This document shows, one piece after another, positions 1 through 9,848 of a stretch of 64,000 bases of DNA (the stretch's first letter is position 1; each line of letters begins with the position of its first letter). This DNA comes from Spirochaetaceae bacterium. Lineage in GTDB: Bacteria; Spirochaetota; Spirochaetia; DSM-2461. Made by a program: the position numbers and the translations under genes. The notes beneath the pieces are model-generated. The model was given only the letters and a program-made list of their open reading frames with translations, was not told the DNA's origin and did not search any database. The DNA lies in the NCBI GenBank assembly GCA_051531975.1, contig JAOPTT010000007.1, positions 24,985-88,984 of the forward strand, written 5' to 3'.

Positions 1-179
1 AAGAGCCTGCTCCAGTAGAAGAACCTGCTCCAGTAGAAGAACCTGCTCCAGTAGAAGAACCTGCTCCAGTAGAAGAACCTACTCCAGTAGAAGAGCCTGC
101 TCCAACAGAAGAACCTGCTCCAACAGAAGAACCTGCTCCAACAGAAGAACCTGCTCCAACAGAAGAACCTGCTCCAGCA
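1..179 (+). repeat. Coding tandem repeat, 18-bp unit (gaagaacctgctccagta / gaagaacctgctccaaca), 10 copies visible
   Basis: Read directly from the sequence; unit length is a multiple of 3. Confidence 0.97.
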
Positions 180-188
180 GAAGGGTAG
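1..188 (+). CDS. 3' end of a protein with an acidic Pro/Ala-rich (EEPAPV/T)n tail; 5' part outside window
   Basis: Frame starting at position 3 reads EPAPV-EEPAPV...EEPAPA-EG and ends at TAG 186-188 (followed by TAA); terminator follows. Confidence 0.85.
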   Translation, partial: EPAPVEEPAPVEEPAPVEEPAPVEEPTPVEEPAPTEEPAPTEEPAPTEEPAPTEEPAPAEG

Positions 189-209
189 TAAAAATTGTAA
201 TATATTAAT

Positions 210-246
210 AAAAGGTCTAGAGAACTATTCTTTAGGCCTTTTTTTT
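210..246 (+). terminator. Rho-independent terminator
   Basis: aaaaggtctagag...ctttaggcctttt stem (with G-U pairs) followed by T-run. Confidence 0.75.
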
Positions 247-260
247 CTTATAATAAAAGT

Positions 261-3110
261 ATGAGTTTAACCCAGACAAAATATGAATGTTTTGAAAACG
301 ATCCCTATGGAGTTCGAATATATACCTTAGCTAACGGCTTAAAGGTTTATCTTGCTCAAGATTTTGATGAGCCTAGAATTAAAACTAGAATAGCTGTAAG
401 AGCTGGTGCAACGTCGGACCCATCAGATGCCACTGGTTTGGCACATTATGTGGAACATATGATGTTTAAAGGAACCGACCTGATAGGCGCACTAAATAGG
501 GATAAAGAGATGTCTATTATCTCTAAAATAAAAAGTAGCTACGAAGAACTTGCAATAACAGAATCCCCAGAAGAGATTATTCAAATTAATAATACGATTG
601 ATCAGTTATCAACAGCTGCTAGTTTAGAAGCAATTCCTGGAGAACTTGATAAATTATACTCTATTATGGGGTGTCGAAGTACAAATGCTCGTACAGGTTT
701 TGAAGAGACAGTATATGAAAATGATATTCCAAAAGTTGAACTAGAAAGATGGATTAGCCTTGAAAAAGAACGTTTTACAAGTCCTGTATTAAGACTTTTT
801 CCACCAGAATTAGAAGTTGTATACGAAGAGTTTAATCAATCCCAGGATGATGATGTCTCTAGAGCCTTTGATATCTTTCTATCAGGGATGTTTCCTATTC
901 ACCCATATGGTAGGGCTGGAATTCTAGGTAAAGGGGATCATTTAAAAAAACCATCTATGGAAAAGATTGAGGAGTTTTTAAATAGATGGTATGTACCTTC
1001 AAATATGGCTTTAGTATTAACAGGTGATTTAGATTTTGAAAAAACAATTGAACTTGTCCAGAAATATTGGGCTGACATCCCTAAAGGTAACCCTCCTGTT
1101 AAAAATGCAATTATTGAAGAACCTCTTAAAAAACCAGTAATAAAAACAATACATGGACCAGATTCACCATTTGTATTAATGGGTTATAGATTTGATGGTT
1201 TTGGTAGTGAAGATGAACTATATCTTACATTAATAGATATGATTATGAGTAATAATCAGGCTGGAACCCTAGATCTTAACCTTGTTCAGAAACAAAGAGT
1301 TTTAGAAGCCGAATCATCATTTGAAGTTTATAGGGATTATAGTTGGTTCTCTTTATATGGTGTTCCTGGAGTAAATCAGTCATTAAAAAATGTAGTATCC
1401 CTACTTAATAGAGAGATTGAACTCCTAAAAAAAGGAGCATTTGAACCCTGGTATAACGATGCTGTTATTACATGTTTTGAGATTGATAAATTAAATGAAC
1501 TTGATGGATCAAATAAAGTTGAGAGTTTTGTTGATGCTTTTATTACAGGGGTTAGCTGGGAGAACTATCTTAAAAGAATAGATTCTTTAAAAAAGATAAC
1601 TTTTGATGAACTTGTAGATTTTGTAAATAGGAAATTTATCGATAACTACAGTATTGTATATAAAAAAAAGGGCACTCCAAAGAATATAATATATATTAAG
1701 AAACCAAATCTAACACCTGTTGTATTAAACCGGGAAGTTGAATCAAGTTTTTGCTCATCCTTTAAGAAGGTAGAAGTAAAAAGAAATATACCTCAGTTCC
1801 CTGATTTTTCAGAATTAAAACCTATACACTTAGGATCTGGTAGAGAACTTTATTATAATCATAATAGTAAAAATGAACTTTTTGAGTTACAGATAACGAC
1901 AGATCGAGGTAGATTTGATGATTTAAGAATTCACTATGGTGGAGAGTATAGAGATTTTATTGGTACCAAAGATTATACTCCAAAGGAATTTCAGCAAGAG
2001 CTTTTTAAACGAGGTTTAGACTTAGTTGTTTCAGGTAATGATGATCGAACTACAATTGCACTATCTGGAAGAGAACGAGATATGGAGTTTGGACTAAAAT
2101 TATTAGATCAGTTTATTAATTATGGTGAATCCACTAATGTTAGTTATAAAAAATTTTTAAGACGTATTGGATTAATGCGTAGAAATGCAAAAAGTAGTAA
2201 AAGAATAATATTATGGGGTGGACTGTATAACTTTTTGCATTATGGAAAAGACAATCCATTTCGACATTATTTAACTCTTCGAGAATTAAAACATATAGGA
2301 AGTAAAAAATTAATTGATATTATACAGGAGATATTTACGTCTCCATTTGAGCTATATTATTATGGCCCAACCTCATCTAGTAATCTTAAACCAATATTAA
2401 AAGATTTTTCCAATAAGTTTGAACTTAAACACCTTGAAAAAGAGACGAAGCCGTTTATTCCTCTTAAACATTCTAAAGCTAATACATTTATCGTTAATTA
2501 TGACATGGTTCAGTCTGAAATATTATTAACAGGACAAGGAGTTCCATTCAAAAAAGATCTACTACCTGTTGTCTTTCTGTTTAATGAATACTTTGGAGGA
2601 GGTATGGACTCTGTAGTTTTTCAGGAAGTTAGAGAGAGAAGAGGGTTAGCATACTCAGCCTATGCTAGTTACTCCTTACCAAAAGATCAAAAGGATAATT
2701 TTGTATTTAGTTTCTATGTTGGAACCCAGGGTGACAAAGTGACCGATGCCCTAAGGTGTATGTTAGGGCTATTAGAGTGTTTTCCTAAAGTAAATAGTTA
2801 TTTTGATGCAGTAAAATCCTCCATTATTAAAAATATAGAAAGTGATGCTGTTTTGAAAAGAGATCATTATTTTATGATGAAAGATGCAAAAAAATATGGA
2901 TTAACAGAAGATATTAGGGAATTTGTTTTTGATAAAGTTAAAGAGCTCACAATTAATGATTTAGAGATGTTTTATAACACCCATATTAAAGGGCAGTTGA
3001 TTCATGCATTGATATTAGGAAATAAAAAAAACATGCCAATAAAAGATATTAATACTATACTTGGGAGGAAGGCAGAATTTCTGTCTCTTAAGTCTTTATA
3101 TGGTTATTAA
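261..3110 (+). CDS. M16 family (insulinase-like) zinc peptidase
   Basis: Inverted zinc motif HYVEH in TGLAHYVEHMMFKGT, NAxT, C-terminal VRERRGLAYS motif; no signal peptide seen. Confidence 0.92.
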   Translation: MSLTQTKYECFENDPYGVRIYTLANGLKVYLAQDFDEPRIKTRIAVRAGATSDPSDATGLAHYVEHMMFKGTDLIGALNRDKEMSIISKIKSSYEELAITESPEEIIQINNTIDQLSTAASLEAIPGELDKLYSIMGCRSTNARTGFEETVYENDIPKVELERWISLEKERFTSPVLRLFPPELEVVYEEFNQSQDDDVSRAFDIFLSGMFPIHPYGRAGILGKGDHLKKPSMEKIEEFLNRWYVPSNMALVLTGDLDFEKTIELVQKYWADIPKGNPPVKNAIIEEPLKKPVIKTIHGPDSPFVLMGYRFDGFGSEDELYLTLIDMIMSNNQAGTLDLNLVQKQRVLEAESSFEVYRDYSWFSLYGVPGVNQSLKNVVSLLNREIELLKKGAFEPWYNDAVITCFEIDKLNELDGSNKVESFVDAFITGVSWENYLKRIDSLKKITFDELVDFVNRKFIDNYSIVYKKKGTPKNIIYIKKPNLTPVVLNREVESSFCSSFKKVEVKRNIPQFPDFSELKPIHLGSGRELYYNHNSKNELFELQITTDRGRFDDLRIHYGGEYRDFIGTKDYTPKEFQQELFKRGLDLVVSGNDDRTTIALSGRERDMEFGLKLLDQFINYGESTNVSYKKFLRRIGLMRRNAKSSKRIILWGGLYNFLHYGKDNPFRHYLTLRELKHIGSKKLIDIIQEIFTSPFELYYYGPTSSSNLKPILKDFSNKFELKHLEKETKPFIPLKHSKANTFIVNYDMVQSEILLTGQGVPFKKDLLPVVFLFNEYFGGGMDSVVFQEVRERRGLAYSAYASYSLPKDQKDNFVFSFYVGTQGDKVTDALRCMLGLLECFPKVNSYFDAVKSSIIKNIESDAVLKRDHYFMMKDAKKYGLTEDIREFVFDKVKELTINDLEMFYNTHIKGQLIHALILGNKKNMPIKDINTILGRKAEFLSLKSLYGY

Positions 3111-3121
3111 GGAAGAAAAAA

Positions 3122-4036
3122 ATGGTTAGTGATTATAAATATGGAAAAAAAGTAACTTTAATTGGAACAGTTGTAAATATATTGCTTAGTTTTATCAAAC
3201 TTGTTGCAGGTCTATTTAGTGGAAGTTTAGCCCTTATGGCCGATGGTTTTCACTCATTATCAGATTTAGCAAGTGATGTTGTTGTATATGTAGGACTTAG
3301 CTTTGGAGAGAAGCCCGATGATAGTGATCACCATTTTGGTCATGGAAAATTTGAAACTTTTTCAGCTTTTTTAGTTGGTGTTTTTTTGGCTATTGCAGGT
3401 ATCGCAATTGGAAAAAATTCATTTGATTTGTTCTTAGTTGTTTATAGGGGAGGAGAACTTCCATCACCTAAAATAATTGCTCTTTTTGTCGCTGTGGCTT
3501 CGGTAATTATTAAAGAAGTATTATATAGATATACAAGAAAAGCTGGAGAAAAAATTGGTAGTCCTAGTGTCATTGCAAATGCTTGGCACCATAGATCAGA
3601 CGCATTTTCATCAATTGGAGCATCGTTAGGTATTGCTGGAGCCATTTTTATTGGTGGGAAATGGGGTGTTTTAGACCCTCTTGCTGGTGTAATTGTTGCA
3701 GTAATATTACTAAAAGAGGCTTTTTCTATAATTAAAACAAACCTAGGACAACTTATGGATGTCTCTTTAGATTATGGCTGCATGGTTGATATCTATGAGA
3801 TCATAAAAGAAATACCAGAATGTGATGAACCCCATAACATTAGAACTAGAATGGTTGGGAAAAGAGTTATTATATCATTACATATAAGGGTCGATGATGA
3901 GTTTACTATAAAAAAAGGACACGATATTGCACACCATGTAGAAGATAAGTTAAAAGCACACTTTGGTGATGATTCTATTATAACTGTTCATGTAGAACCT
4001 ATTAGTGAAGGGTTAGACTCTTTACAAAAGGATTAA
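3122..4036 (+). CDS. Cation diffusion facilitator family transporter
   Basis: ADGFHSLSD, HHFGHGKFE, NAWHHRSD, C-terminal VHVEP motifs. Confidence 0.92.
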   Translation: MVSDYKYGKKVTLIGTVVNILLSFIKLVAGLFSGSLALMADGFHSLSDLASDVVVYVGLSFGEKPDDSDHHFGHGKFETFSAFLVGVFLAIAGIAIGKNSFDLFLVVYRGGELPSPKIIALFVAVASVIIKEVLYRYTRKAGEKIGSPSVIANAWHHRSDAFSSIGASLGIAGAIFIGGKWGVLDPLAGVIVAVILLKEAFSIIKTNLGQLMDVSLDYGCMVDIYEIIKEIPECDEPHNIRTRMVGKRVIISLHIRVDDEFTIKKGHDIAHHVEDKLKAHFGDDSIITVHVEPISEGLDSLQKD

Positions 4037-4053
4037 GAAGTAGTAATATATCC

Positions 4054-4071
4054 CTGTGAATATTTTCACAA
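4054..4071. promoter_or_regulatory. Putative Rex operator upstream of aconitase
   Basis: CTGTGAA-TATT-TTCACAA vs Rex consensus TTGTGAA-N4-TTCACAA; lies just downstream of TTTACA(4021)-N17-TAATAT promoter. Confidence 0.65.
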
Positions 4072-4086
4072 CCAAAGGGAGTTAAC

Positions 4087-6342
4087 ATGGCAAACATCGA
4101 AACAACAGTAGATTTAGTTAGTAAAACTTATGAAAAAACTAGGGCAAACCTAGAGATTGTTAGAGGTAGGTTAAACAAACCTTTAACACTTGCGGAGAAG
4201 ATATTATATGGGCATTTAGACAGTCCTAAAACCCAGGATTTAACACAGGGTGAGAGCTTTTTATTGTTAAACCCAGATAGAGTTGCAATGCAAGATGCAA
4301 CTGCACAGATGGCAATATTACAGTTTATGTTATCAGGTCGAGATGAGTCAGCAGTTCCAGCAACTGTTCATTGTGACCACCTTATTAGAGCTTACGAAGG
4401 TGAAGATGAGGACTTAAAAAAAGCAATGGAAGAGAACAAAGAGGTTTATGACTTTTTAGCTTCTTCTTCAAGTAGATATAATCTTGGTTTTTGGAAACCA
4501 GGTGCCGGTATTATTCATCAAGTAATTTTAGAGAACTATGCATTCCCTGGTGGAGTGATGATTGGAACAGATTCCCATACACCTAATGCTGGTGGTTTAG
4601 GAATGTGTGCATCAGGTGTTGGTGGTGCTGACGCTTCAGATGTTATGGCTGGTTTAAATTGGGAAGTTAAAAATCCAACAGTTGTTGGTGTTAAACTTAC
4701 AGGTAAATTAAATGGCTGGGCCTCTGCAAAAGATGTAATTATTAAACTTATTGGTATGTTAACTGTAAAAGGTGGGACTAACCGAATAATTGAGTATTTT
4801 GGTGAAGGTTGTGAATCAATTAGTTGTACTGGTAAGGCTACAATTACAAATATGGGTGCCGAGTTAGGTGCTACTTGTTCAGTATTTCAATATGACGAAA
4901 GAATGAAAGAGTATTTAGAAGCTACGAACAGATCAGAAATTGCAGCTTTATCTCTTAAGAATATCGATATTTTAACTTCAGATATTGAAGTCTTGGAAAA
5001 TCCAGAAACATATTATGAGAAAGTAATAGAGATAAATTTGACAACTTTAGAACCACATATAACTGGTCCTCATACTCCAGATGCATACCAACCACTTTCA
5101 AATGTTAAAGCTGCAGGGAAAAAAGAGGGTTGGGAATTAAACCTATCTTCTGGGTTAATTGGTTCTTGTACAAACTCATCATACGAGGATATGGGAAGAT
5201 CAGCTTCCATATGTAAACAAGCTAAAGATCTTGGAATTAAGATGAAATCTACATACTTTGTATCTCCAGGTTCTACTCAGGTTAGAAAAACAATTGACCG
5301 TGATGGTTTTACTGCTGACTTTGAAGATGTTGGTGGTGTAATGCTTGCTAACGCTTGTGGTCCTTGTATTGGTCAGTGGTCTAGAGATGACTTTAAAAAA
5401 GGTGAACGTAATACAATTATCAACTCTTTTAATAGAAACTTTAAAGCAAGAAACGATGCTAATCCAGAGACATTAGGTTTTATCGGATCTCCTGAAATAG
5501 TTACAGCAATGGCACTTGCAGGGCGATTAGACTTTAACCCAATAACTGATACAATCTCTACTGCAAAAGGTGAAGTTAAACTTGATCCTCCTACAGGTGA
5601 TGAGTTACCTAAAAATGGATTTGTAACTGACTTAGCTGGTTACCAAAAGCCTGAGGGTAAAGGTGTTAAAGTTATAGTTGCAGACGATTCAAAACGTCTA
5701 CAGTTATTAACACCATTTACACCATGGGATGGAAATGAAATAGAAGGTGCACTTTTACTTTGTAAAGCTAAAGGTAAGTGTACTACAGATCATATCTCTC
5801 CAGCTGGACCTTGGTTGCAGTATAGAGGACACCTAGACAATATTTCTGATAACATGTTAACAGGTGCGATTAATGCATTCTCTGGGGATACTGGGCAGGC
5901 AGAGAGTCTAATTTCTGGAGATACAAAAACATTTTCTGGTGTAGCTAGAGAGTATAAAGCAGCTAGTAAAAACTGGTTCATAGTTGGTGATGAAAATTAT
6001 GGAGAGGGTAGTAGCCGTGAGCATGCAGCTATGTGTCCTAGACATTTAGGGTGTAAAGCAGTTATTACTAGAAGTTTTGCTAGAATCCATGAAACTAATC
6101 TTAAAAAGCAGGGAGTTTTAGCACTTAACTTTAAAACCCCAGCAGACTATGACTTAATTGAACAGAAAGATGTTATGGCTATTAAGGGTCTAAAAACTTT
6201 TGCTCCTGGGAAAGATTTAACTTTAGAATTAACTAAAGACAATGGGGAAGTAGTAGAAATAGCATTAACACATACTTTTAACGATTTACAGATTCAGTGG
6301 TTTAAAGCTGGTTCTGCCCTTAATGTTTTAAGAAACGAGTAA
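4087..6342 (+). CDS. acnA: Aconitate hydratase (mitochondrial-like type)
   Basis: [60 protein letters not shown] motifs. Confidence 0.93.
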   Translation: MANIETTVDLVSKTYEKTRANLEIVRGRLNKPLTLAEKILYGHLDSPKTQDLTQGESFLLLNPDRVAMQDATAQMAILQFMLSGRDESAVPATVHCDHLIRAYEGEDEDLKKAMEENKEVYDFLASSSSRYNLGFWKPGAGIIHQVILENYAFPGGVMIGTDSHTPNAGGLGMCASGVGGADASDVMAGLNWEVKNPTVVGVKLTGKLNGWASAKDVIIKLIGMLTVKGGTNRIIEYFGEGCESISCTGKATITNMGAELGATCSVFQYDERMKEYLEATNRSEIAALSLKNIDILTSDIEVLENPETYYEKVIEINLTTLEPHITGPHTPDAYQPLSNVKAAGKKEGWELNLSSGLIGSCTNSSYEDMGRSASICKQAKDLGIKMKSTYFVSPGSTQVRKTIDRDGFTADFEDVGGVMLANACGPCIGQWSRDDFKKGERNTIINSFNRNFKARNDANPETLGFIGSPEIVTAMALAGRLDFNPITDTISTAKGEVKLDPPTGDELPKNGFVTDLAGYQKPEGKGVKVIVADDSKRLQLLTPFTPWDGNEIEGALLLCKAKGKCTTDHISPAGPWLQYRGHLDNISDNMLTGAINAFSGDTGQAESLISGDTKTFSGVAREYKAASKNWFIVGDENYGEGSSREHAAMCPRHLGCKAVITRSFARIHETNLKKQGVLALNFKTPADYDLIEQKDVMAIKGLKTFAPGKDLTLELTKDNGEVVEIALTHTFNDLQIQWFKAGSALNVLRNE

Positions 6343-6350
6343 ATTATATA

Positions 6351-6396
6351 TTCTAGGTTTGCTATTTTATATATAGTAAACCTAGAATGTTTTTTT
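6351..6396 (+). terminator. Terminator-like hairpin after aconitase
   Basis: ttctaggtttgctat...atagtaaacctagaa inverted repeat followed by T-run. Confidence 0.65.
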
Positions 6397-6406
6397 GGAG
6401 TGTTTA

Positions 6407-7111
6407 ATGCTTGGTACATATGTAAATGCAGCAGTAATTATAGTTGGGTCTCTTTTAGGTCTATTAATTAAAAATGGATTAAAAGAAAAATATAAAACAA
6501 CAATAATGCATGGTGTTTCTCTTTCTGTACTTTTTATCGGTATCTCAACAACTCTAAGTGGTATTTTAAATGGTGGAGAACCTATTCTTTTTATTATTAG
6601 CCTCGTTATTGGTGGGATAATTGGAGAATTAATAGATATTGATCTAAAACTAATTAAGCTTGGTGAGTGGTTACAATCTAAGGCTGGGAAAGGTGAACAT
6701 AACATTGGCAACGGTTTTGTTACAGCAAGTCTTCTTTTTTGTGTTGGAACTATGGCTATATTAGGATCATTAGAGAGTGGACTACAAGGCAATCACGATA
6801 CCTTATACGCCAAATCGGTTTTAGATGGTATAACTTCAATAATTTTAACATCAACTATGGGTATAGGTGTTATTTTATCTTCAATTTCTGTTCTGATTTA
6901 TCAAGGATCTATTACACTTTTTGCGAAACTAATTGAGCCTATTTTAACGGGGCAGATAATACGTGAAATTTCAATAATTGGTGGTATTTTAATTTTTAGT
7001 CTAGGTCTAAATATGTTAGAGTTAAAAAAAATAAAGACTGCTAATCTTCTACCGGCAATCCTAATTCCTCCATTTTATTATCTTCTTATTGTTCCTTTGT
7101 TTAATATCTAA
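6407..7111 (+). CDS. DUF554 family membrane protein
   Basis: MLGTxVN start, GFVTASLLFCVGTMAILGS and KSVLDG motifs; ATG 6407 after GGAG preferred over ORF-track start. Confidence 0.85.
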   Translation: MLGTYVNAAVIIVGSLLGLLIKNGLKEKYKTTIMHGVSLSVLFIGISTTLSGILNGGEPILFIISLVIGGIIGELIDIDLKLIKLGEWLQSKAGKGEHNIGNGFVTASLLFCVGTMAILGSLESGLQGNHDTLYAKSVLDGITSIILTSTMGIGVILSSISVLIYQGSITLFAKLIEPILTGQIIREISIIGGILIFSLGLNMLELKKIKTANLLPAILIPPFYYLLIVPLFNI

Positions 7112-7132
7112 TTATCTGATAATATATTTTTT

Positions 7133-8314
7133 ATGACATTAAATATCGCAATCCTTATCATTTTAGGTGGTGGTTGGCTATCTGGTAAACTCTTTACCAA
7201 ATTAAAATTACCATCAGTTTTAGGTATGACTCTATTAGGGGTTTTTATCTCCTTATTTATAAAAGACTCAATTCCCTCAGTATTGTGGGAGATCGCTCCC
7301 TTTTTAAAATCTTTGGCATTAATAGTTATTTTATTAAGAGCTGGTCTAGGTATTAAAAAGTCTGTGCTTAAAAAAGTTGGACGAACAGCCCTTTTTATGG
7401 CTTTTATACCATGTATATTTGAAGGTACAGCATTAACAGTATTCTTTTTCTATTTAACGCCATTTGACCTATTAACATCTGCATTAACAGCAACTCTTTT
7501 ATCAGCAGTATCTCCAGCTGTAGTTGTACCATCGATGCTAAACTTAAAAGAAGCCGGTTATGGGGAAAAAAGAGAAGTACCAACTTTAGTATTAGCTGGA
7601 GCATCTTTAGATGATGTTTTTGCAATAACACTTTTTACAATGTTTATTGGTATATCAACTGGGGAAAGCTCTGAACTTGGATTAACTATATTATCTATTC
7701 CAATATCGATTTTAGGTGGAATATTAAGTGGTATAGCTGTAGGTTTTTTACTTAGTTTCTACTTTAAAAAATATCATGATAGGTTAAAAGGAACCGAAAA
7801 AGCTCTAATTTTATTAACAATTTCCCTTTTTCTTTTTCAGGTAGGTGAGTGGTTACATATTGCTGCGCTGTTAGGTGTAATGACTGCAGGATTCATTGTT
7901 TTAGAAAGAGCAGAACATGCTGCACATGAAACAGCAAGGCAATTAAATGCTGTGTGGGTATTTGCCGAGATAATACTTTTTGTAATTATAGGTAGCTCAG
8001 TAGATGTCAATGTTGCTTTAGAAGCTGGATTTATAGGTATTTTAATAATTCTAGGTGGTTTAGTTTTTAGATCCATTGGTGTTTTAGTTGCAACATTGGG
8101 TTCTGGTCTAAACTTAAAAGAGAGGGTTTTTTGCATAATTTCATATCTGCCTAAAGCTACTGTTCAAGCAGCACTTGGTGCAGTTGCCCTGGAAAAAGGT
8201 CTTGCTTTTGGAAATGAGATATTAGCATTTGCAGTAATGGCAATAATAATTACTGCACCTTTAGGTCTTTTAGGTATCAATTTATTTGGCCCTAAACTAC
8301 TTAATAAAGAATAG
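7133..8314 (+). CDS. Cation:proton antiporter (CPA family, NHA-like)
   Basis: ~12 TM helices; ILLRAGL, AVSPAVVVP, GASLDDV, YLPKATVQAA motifs. Confidence 0.88.
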   Translation: MTLNIAILIILGGGWLSGKLFTKLKLPSVLGMTLLGVFISLFIKDSIPSVLWEIAPFLKSLALIVILLRAGLGIKKSVLKKVGRTALFMAFIPCIFEGTALTVFFFYLTPFDLLTSALTATLLSAVSPAVVVPSMLNLKEAGYGEKREVPTLVLAGASLDDVFAITLFTMFIGISTGESSELGLTILSIPISILGGILSGIAVGFLLSFYFKKYHDRLKGTEKALILLTISLFLFQVGEWLHIAALLGVMTAGFIVLERAEHAAHETARQLNAVWVFAEIILFVIIGSSVDVNVALEAGFIGILIILGGLVFRSIGVLVATLGSGLNLKERVFCIISYLPKATVQAALGAVALEKGLAFGNEILAFAVMAIIITAPLGLLGINLFGPKLLNKE

Positions 8315-8316
8315 TT

Positions 8317-8403
8317 GGACTAAAGTCCTGCACGTATATAATGCGCAAAGACATGCTTTGCGGGTCGGACTAAAAGTCCTGCTCGCCTATGCAACCTAGG
8401 AGC
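8317..8403 (+). other. GC-rich structured intergenic element (repeated palindromes; candidate cis-regulatory RNA, REP-like element or operator pair)
   Basis: GGACTAAAGTCCTGCACG (8317) and GGACTAAAAGTCCTGCTCG (8367); CGCAAAG-acatg-CTTTGCG hairpin (8344-8362); hairpin 8381-8403 covers the RBS. Confidence 0.5.
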
Positions 8404-8407
8404 AAGA

Positions 8408-9004
8408 ATGAAAGTTATTGGAATATGTGGATCCCCAAAAAAAGAGGGTAGTACAACTTTAATAGGATTAAGACACGCACTAAAACAAGTTGAATCCCAC
8501 GGGATACTTACATCTGTTATCGAAATGGGAAAATACAGTATTGCCGGATGTGACTCATGTGGAGATTGCAAAAAAACTGGGTATTGTTCTATAGACGATG
8601 ACTTTTCAAATGAAATTTTTAATATTTTATCAGATCCAGATGTTAAAGGATTTATATTTGCTTCTCCTGTATATTTTGGTGGAGTAACATCCCAAATGAA
8701 GGCCTTAATAGATCGTTGTGTTGTATTTAGACGTAGAGGGTTTGAATGGGAAAACAAAGTTGCTGGTGTCCTAACAATAGGTAACTCTAGAAATGGAGGC
8801 CAGGAGCTTGCGGCAATGGATTTGGTAACATTTTCAATGATCCATGGGATGGTAATAGTTCCAGATGCTTCTCCAACAAGCCATTTTGGTGGAATACTTC
8901 ATGCTGGTTGTGAAGGTGGAGTTGAAAATGACTCTATTGGAATAGAAACAGCAAATAATCTTGGTTTTAAAGTTGGTGAGATTACAAAAAAACTGCATTC
9001 CTGA
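8408..9004 (+). CDS. Iron-sulfur flavoprotein (multimeric flavodoxin family)
   Basis: GSP start motif, CDSCGDCKKTGYC (Cx2Cx2Cx5C), ASPVYFG, RNGGQE. Confidence 0.88.
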   Translation: MKVIGICGSPKKEGSTTLIGLRHALKQVESHGILTSVIEMGKYSIAGCDSCGDCKKTGYCSIDDDFSNEIFNILSDPDVKGFIFASPVYFGGVTSQMKALIDRCVVFRRRGFEWENKVAGVLTIGNSRNGGQELAAMDLVTFSMIHGMVIVPDASPTSHFGGILHAGCEGGVENDSIGIETANNLGFKVGEITKKLHS

Positions 9005-9068
9005 CCACATCCTTGGTAAATATAACCACCTTTTCATATGAAACTACATTTTATCCCTGTTTTATTTT

Positions 9069-9084
9069 TGGCACATAAATTGCT
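9069..9084 (+). promoter_or_regulatory. Sigma-54 (-24/-12) promoter
   Basis: TGGCAC-ATAAA-TTGCT matches TGGCAC-N5-TTGCW, 27 nt before ATG 9111. Confidence 0.75.
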
Positions 9085-9110
9085 TTAGTATTAGTAAAGT
9101 AGGAGAAATT

Positions 9111-9848
9111 ATGAAAAAAATAATATTAATAGTTTTAATTTTGTTATTTACAACAGGGTTTATGTATAGTCGAAATTCCAGAGAAAAAGTTGATGAAAGT
9201 TATTCATTTAAAGGTATAGATACAATTTCAGTTAGTTTAACTGTATTAGACATTGAGGTTATTGGTAGTAACCGAAATAGTGTTGAAATCGAATTAATAA
9301 ATATACCTGATAAGATAAAAGTCGAAGTTGTAAAATCTAAAGGCCATTTAAATATTACATCTAATATAAAGAGAATGTTTAATATAAATACCTTTAATAG
9401 TAGAATTGTACTACATGTTCCAAATGACATTGAATTAGATCTTAAAGCGGTTGCAGGTGATATAAGTGTTGATGATTTTATTGGGGATATAACTTCTAAA
9501 ACAACAGCAGGAGATCATACATTTAATAATGTAGAAGGTAGTATTTACTCTAAAACAACAGCAGGGGATCAAACTTTTAATAATGTAATAGGTAGTTTTG
9601 ATTCTGTAACAACAGCAGGGGACATTCGAGGTAAAAATATAACTATAGATTCAGATGTCTATTTTAGTACAACTGCTGGGGATATAAGAGTTGATTTTAC
9701 AAATGATTTAAGTGATATATCCTTCGAACTATCAAGTTTAATTGGTGATATAAAAGTTAATAATTCAAAGGACGCTCGATCTTATAGTAGTAGTACAGGT
9801 AAATATGTTGTTACTGGTAGGACTACATTTGGAGATCAGACTTATTAA
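9111..9848 (+). CDS. DUF4097-type beta-strand repeat exported protein
   Basis: Signal peptide; repeated TTAGD(I/H/Q) ~18-aa units. Confidence 0.8.
   Translation: MKKIILIVLILLFTTGFMYSRNSREKVDESYSFKGIDTISVSLTVLDIEVIGSNRNSVEIELINIPDKIKVEVVKSKGHLNITSNIKRMFNINTFNSRIVLHVPNDIELDLKAVAGDISVDDFIGDITSKTTAGDHTFNNVEGSIYSKTTAGDQTFNNVIGSFDSVTTAGDIRGKNITIDSDVYFSTTAGDIRVDFTNDLSDISFELSSLIGDIKVNNSKDARSYSSSTGKYVVTGRTTFGDQTY

Noticed and set aside
1..179. Regular repeats as a possible CRISPR array
   Set aside because: 18-bp units are contiguous with no spacers and encode an in-frame peptide; no cas genes in window.
8317..8385. Guanidine-II (mini-ykkC) riboswitch call for the twin hairpins
   Set aside because: Loops are TAAA/TAAAA rather than ACGR and the hairpins are too far apart.
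8320..8757. 145-aa minus-strand ORF
   Set aside because: Shadow of the well-supported flavoprotein gene; no recognisable motifs.
9496..9625. ~54-bp internal DNA repeats
   Set aside because: Explained by the normal TTAGD beta-repeat units of the DUF4097-type protein.
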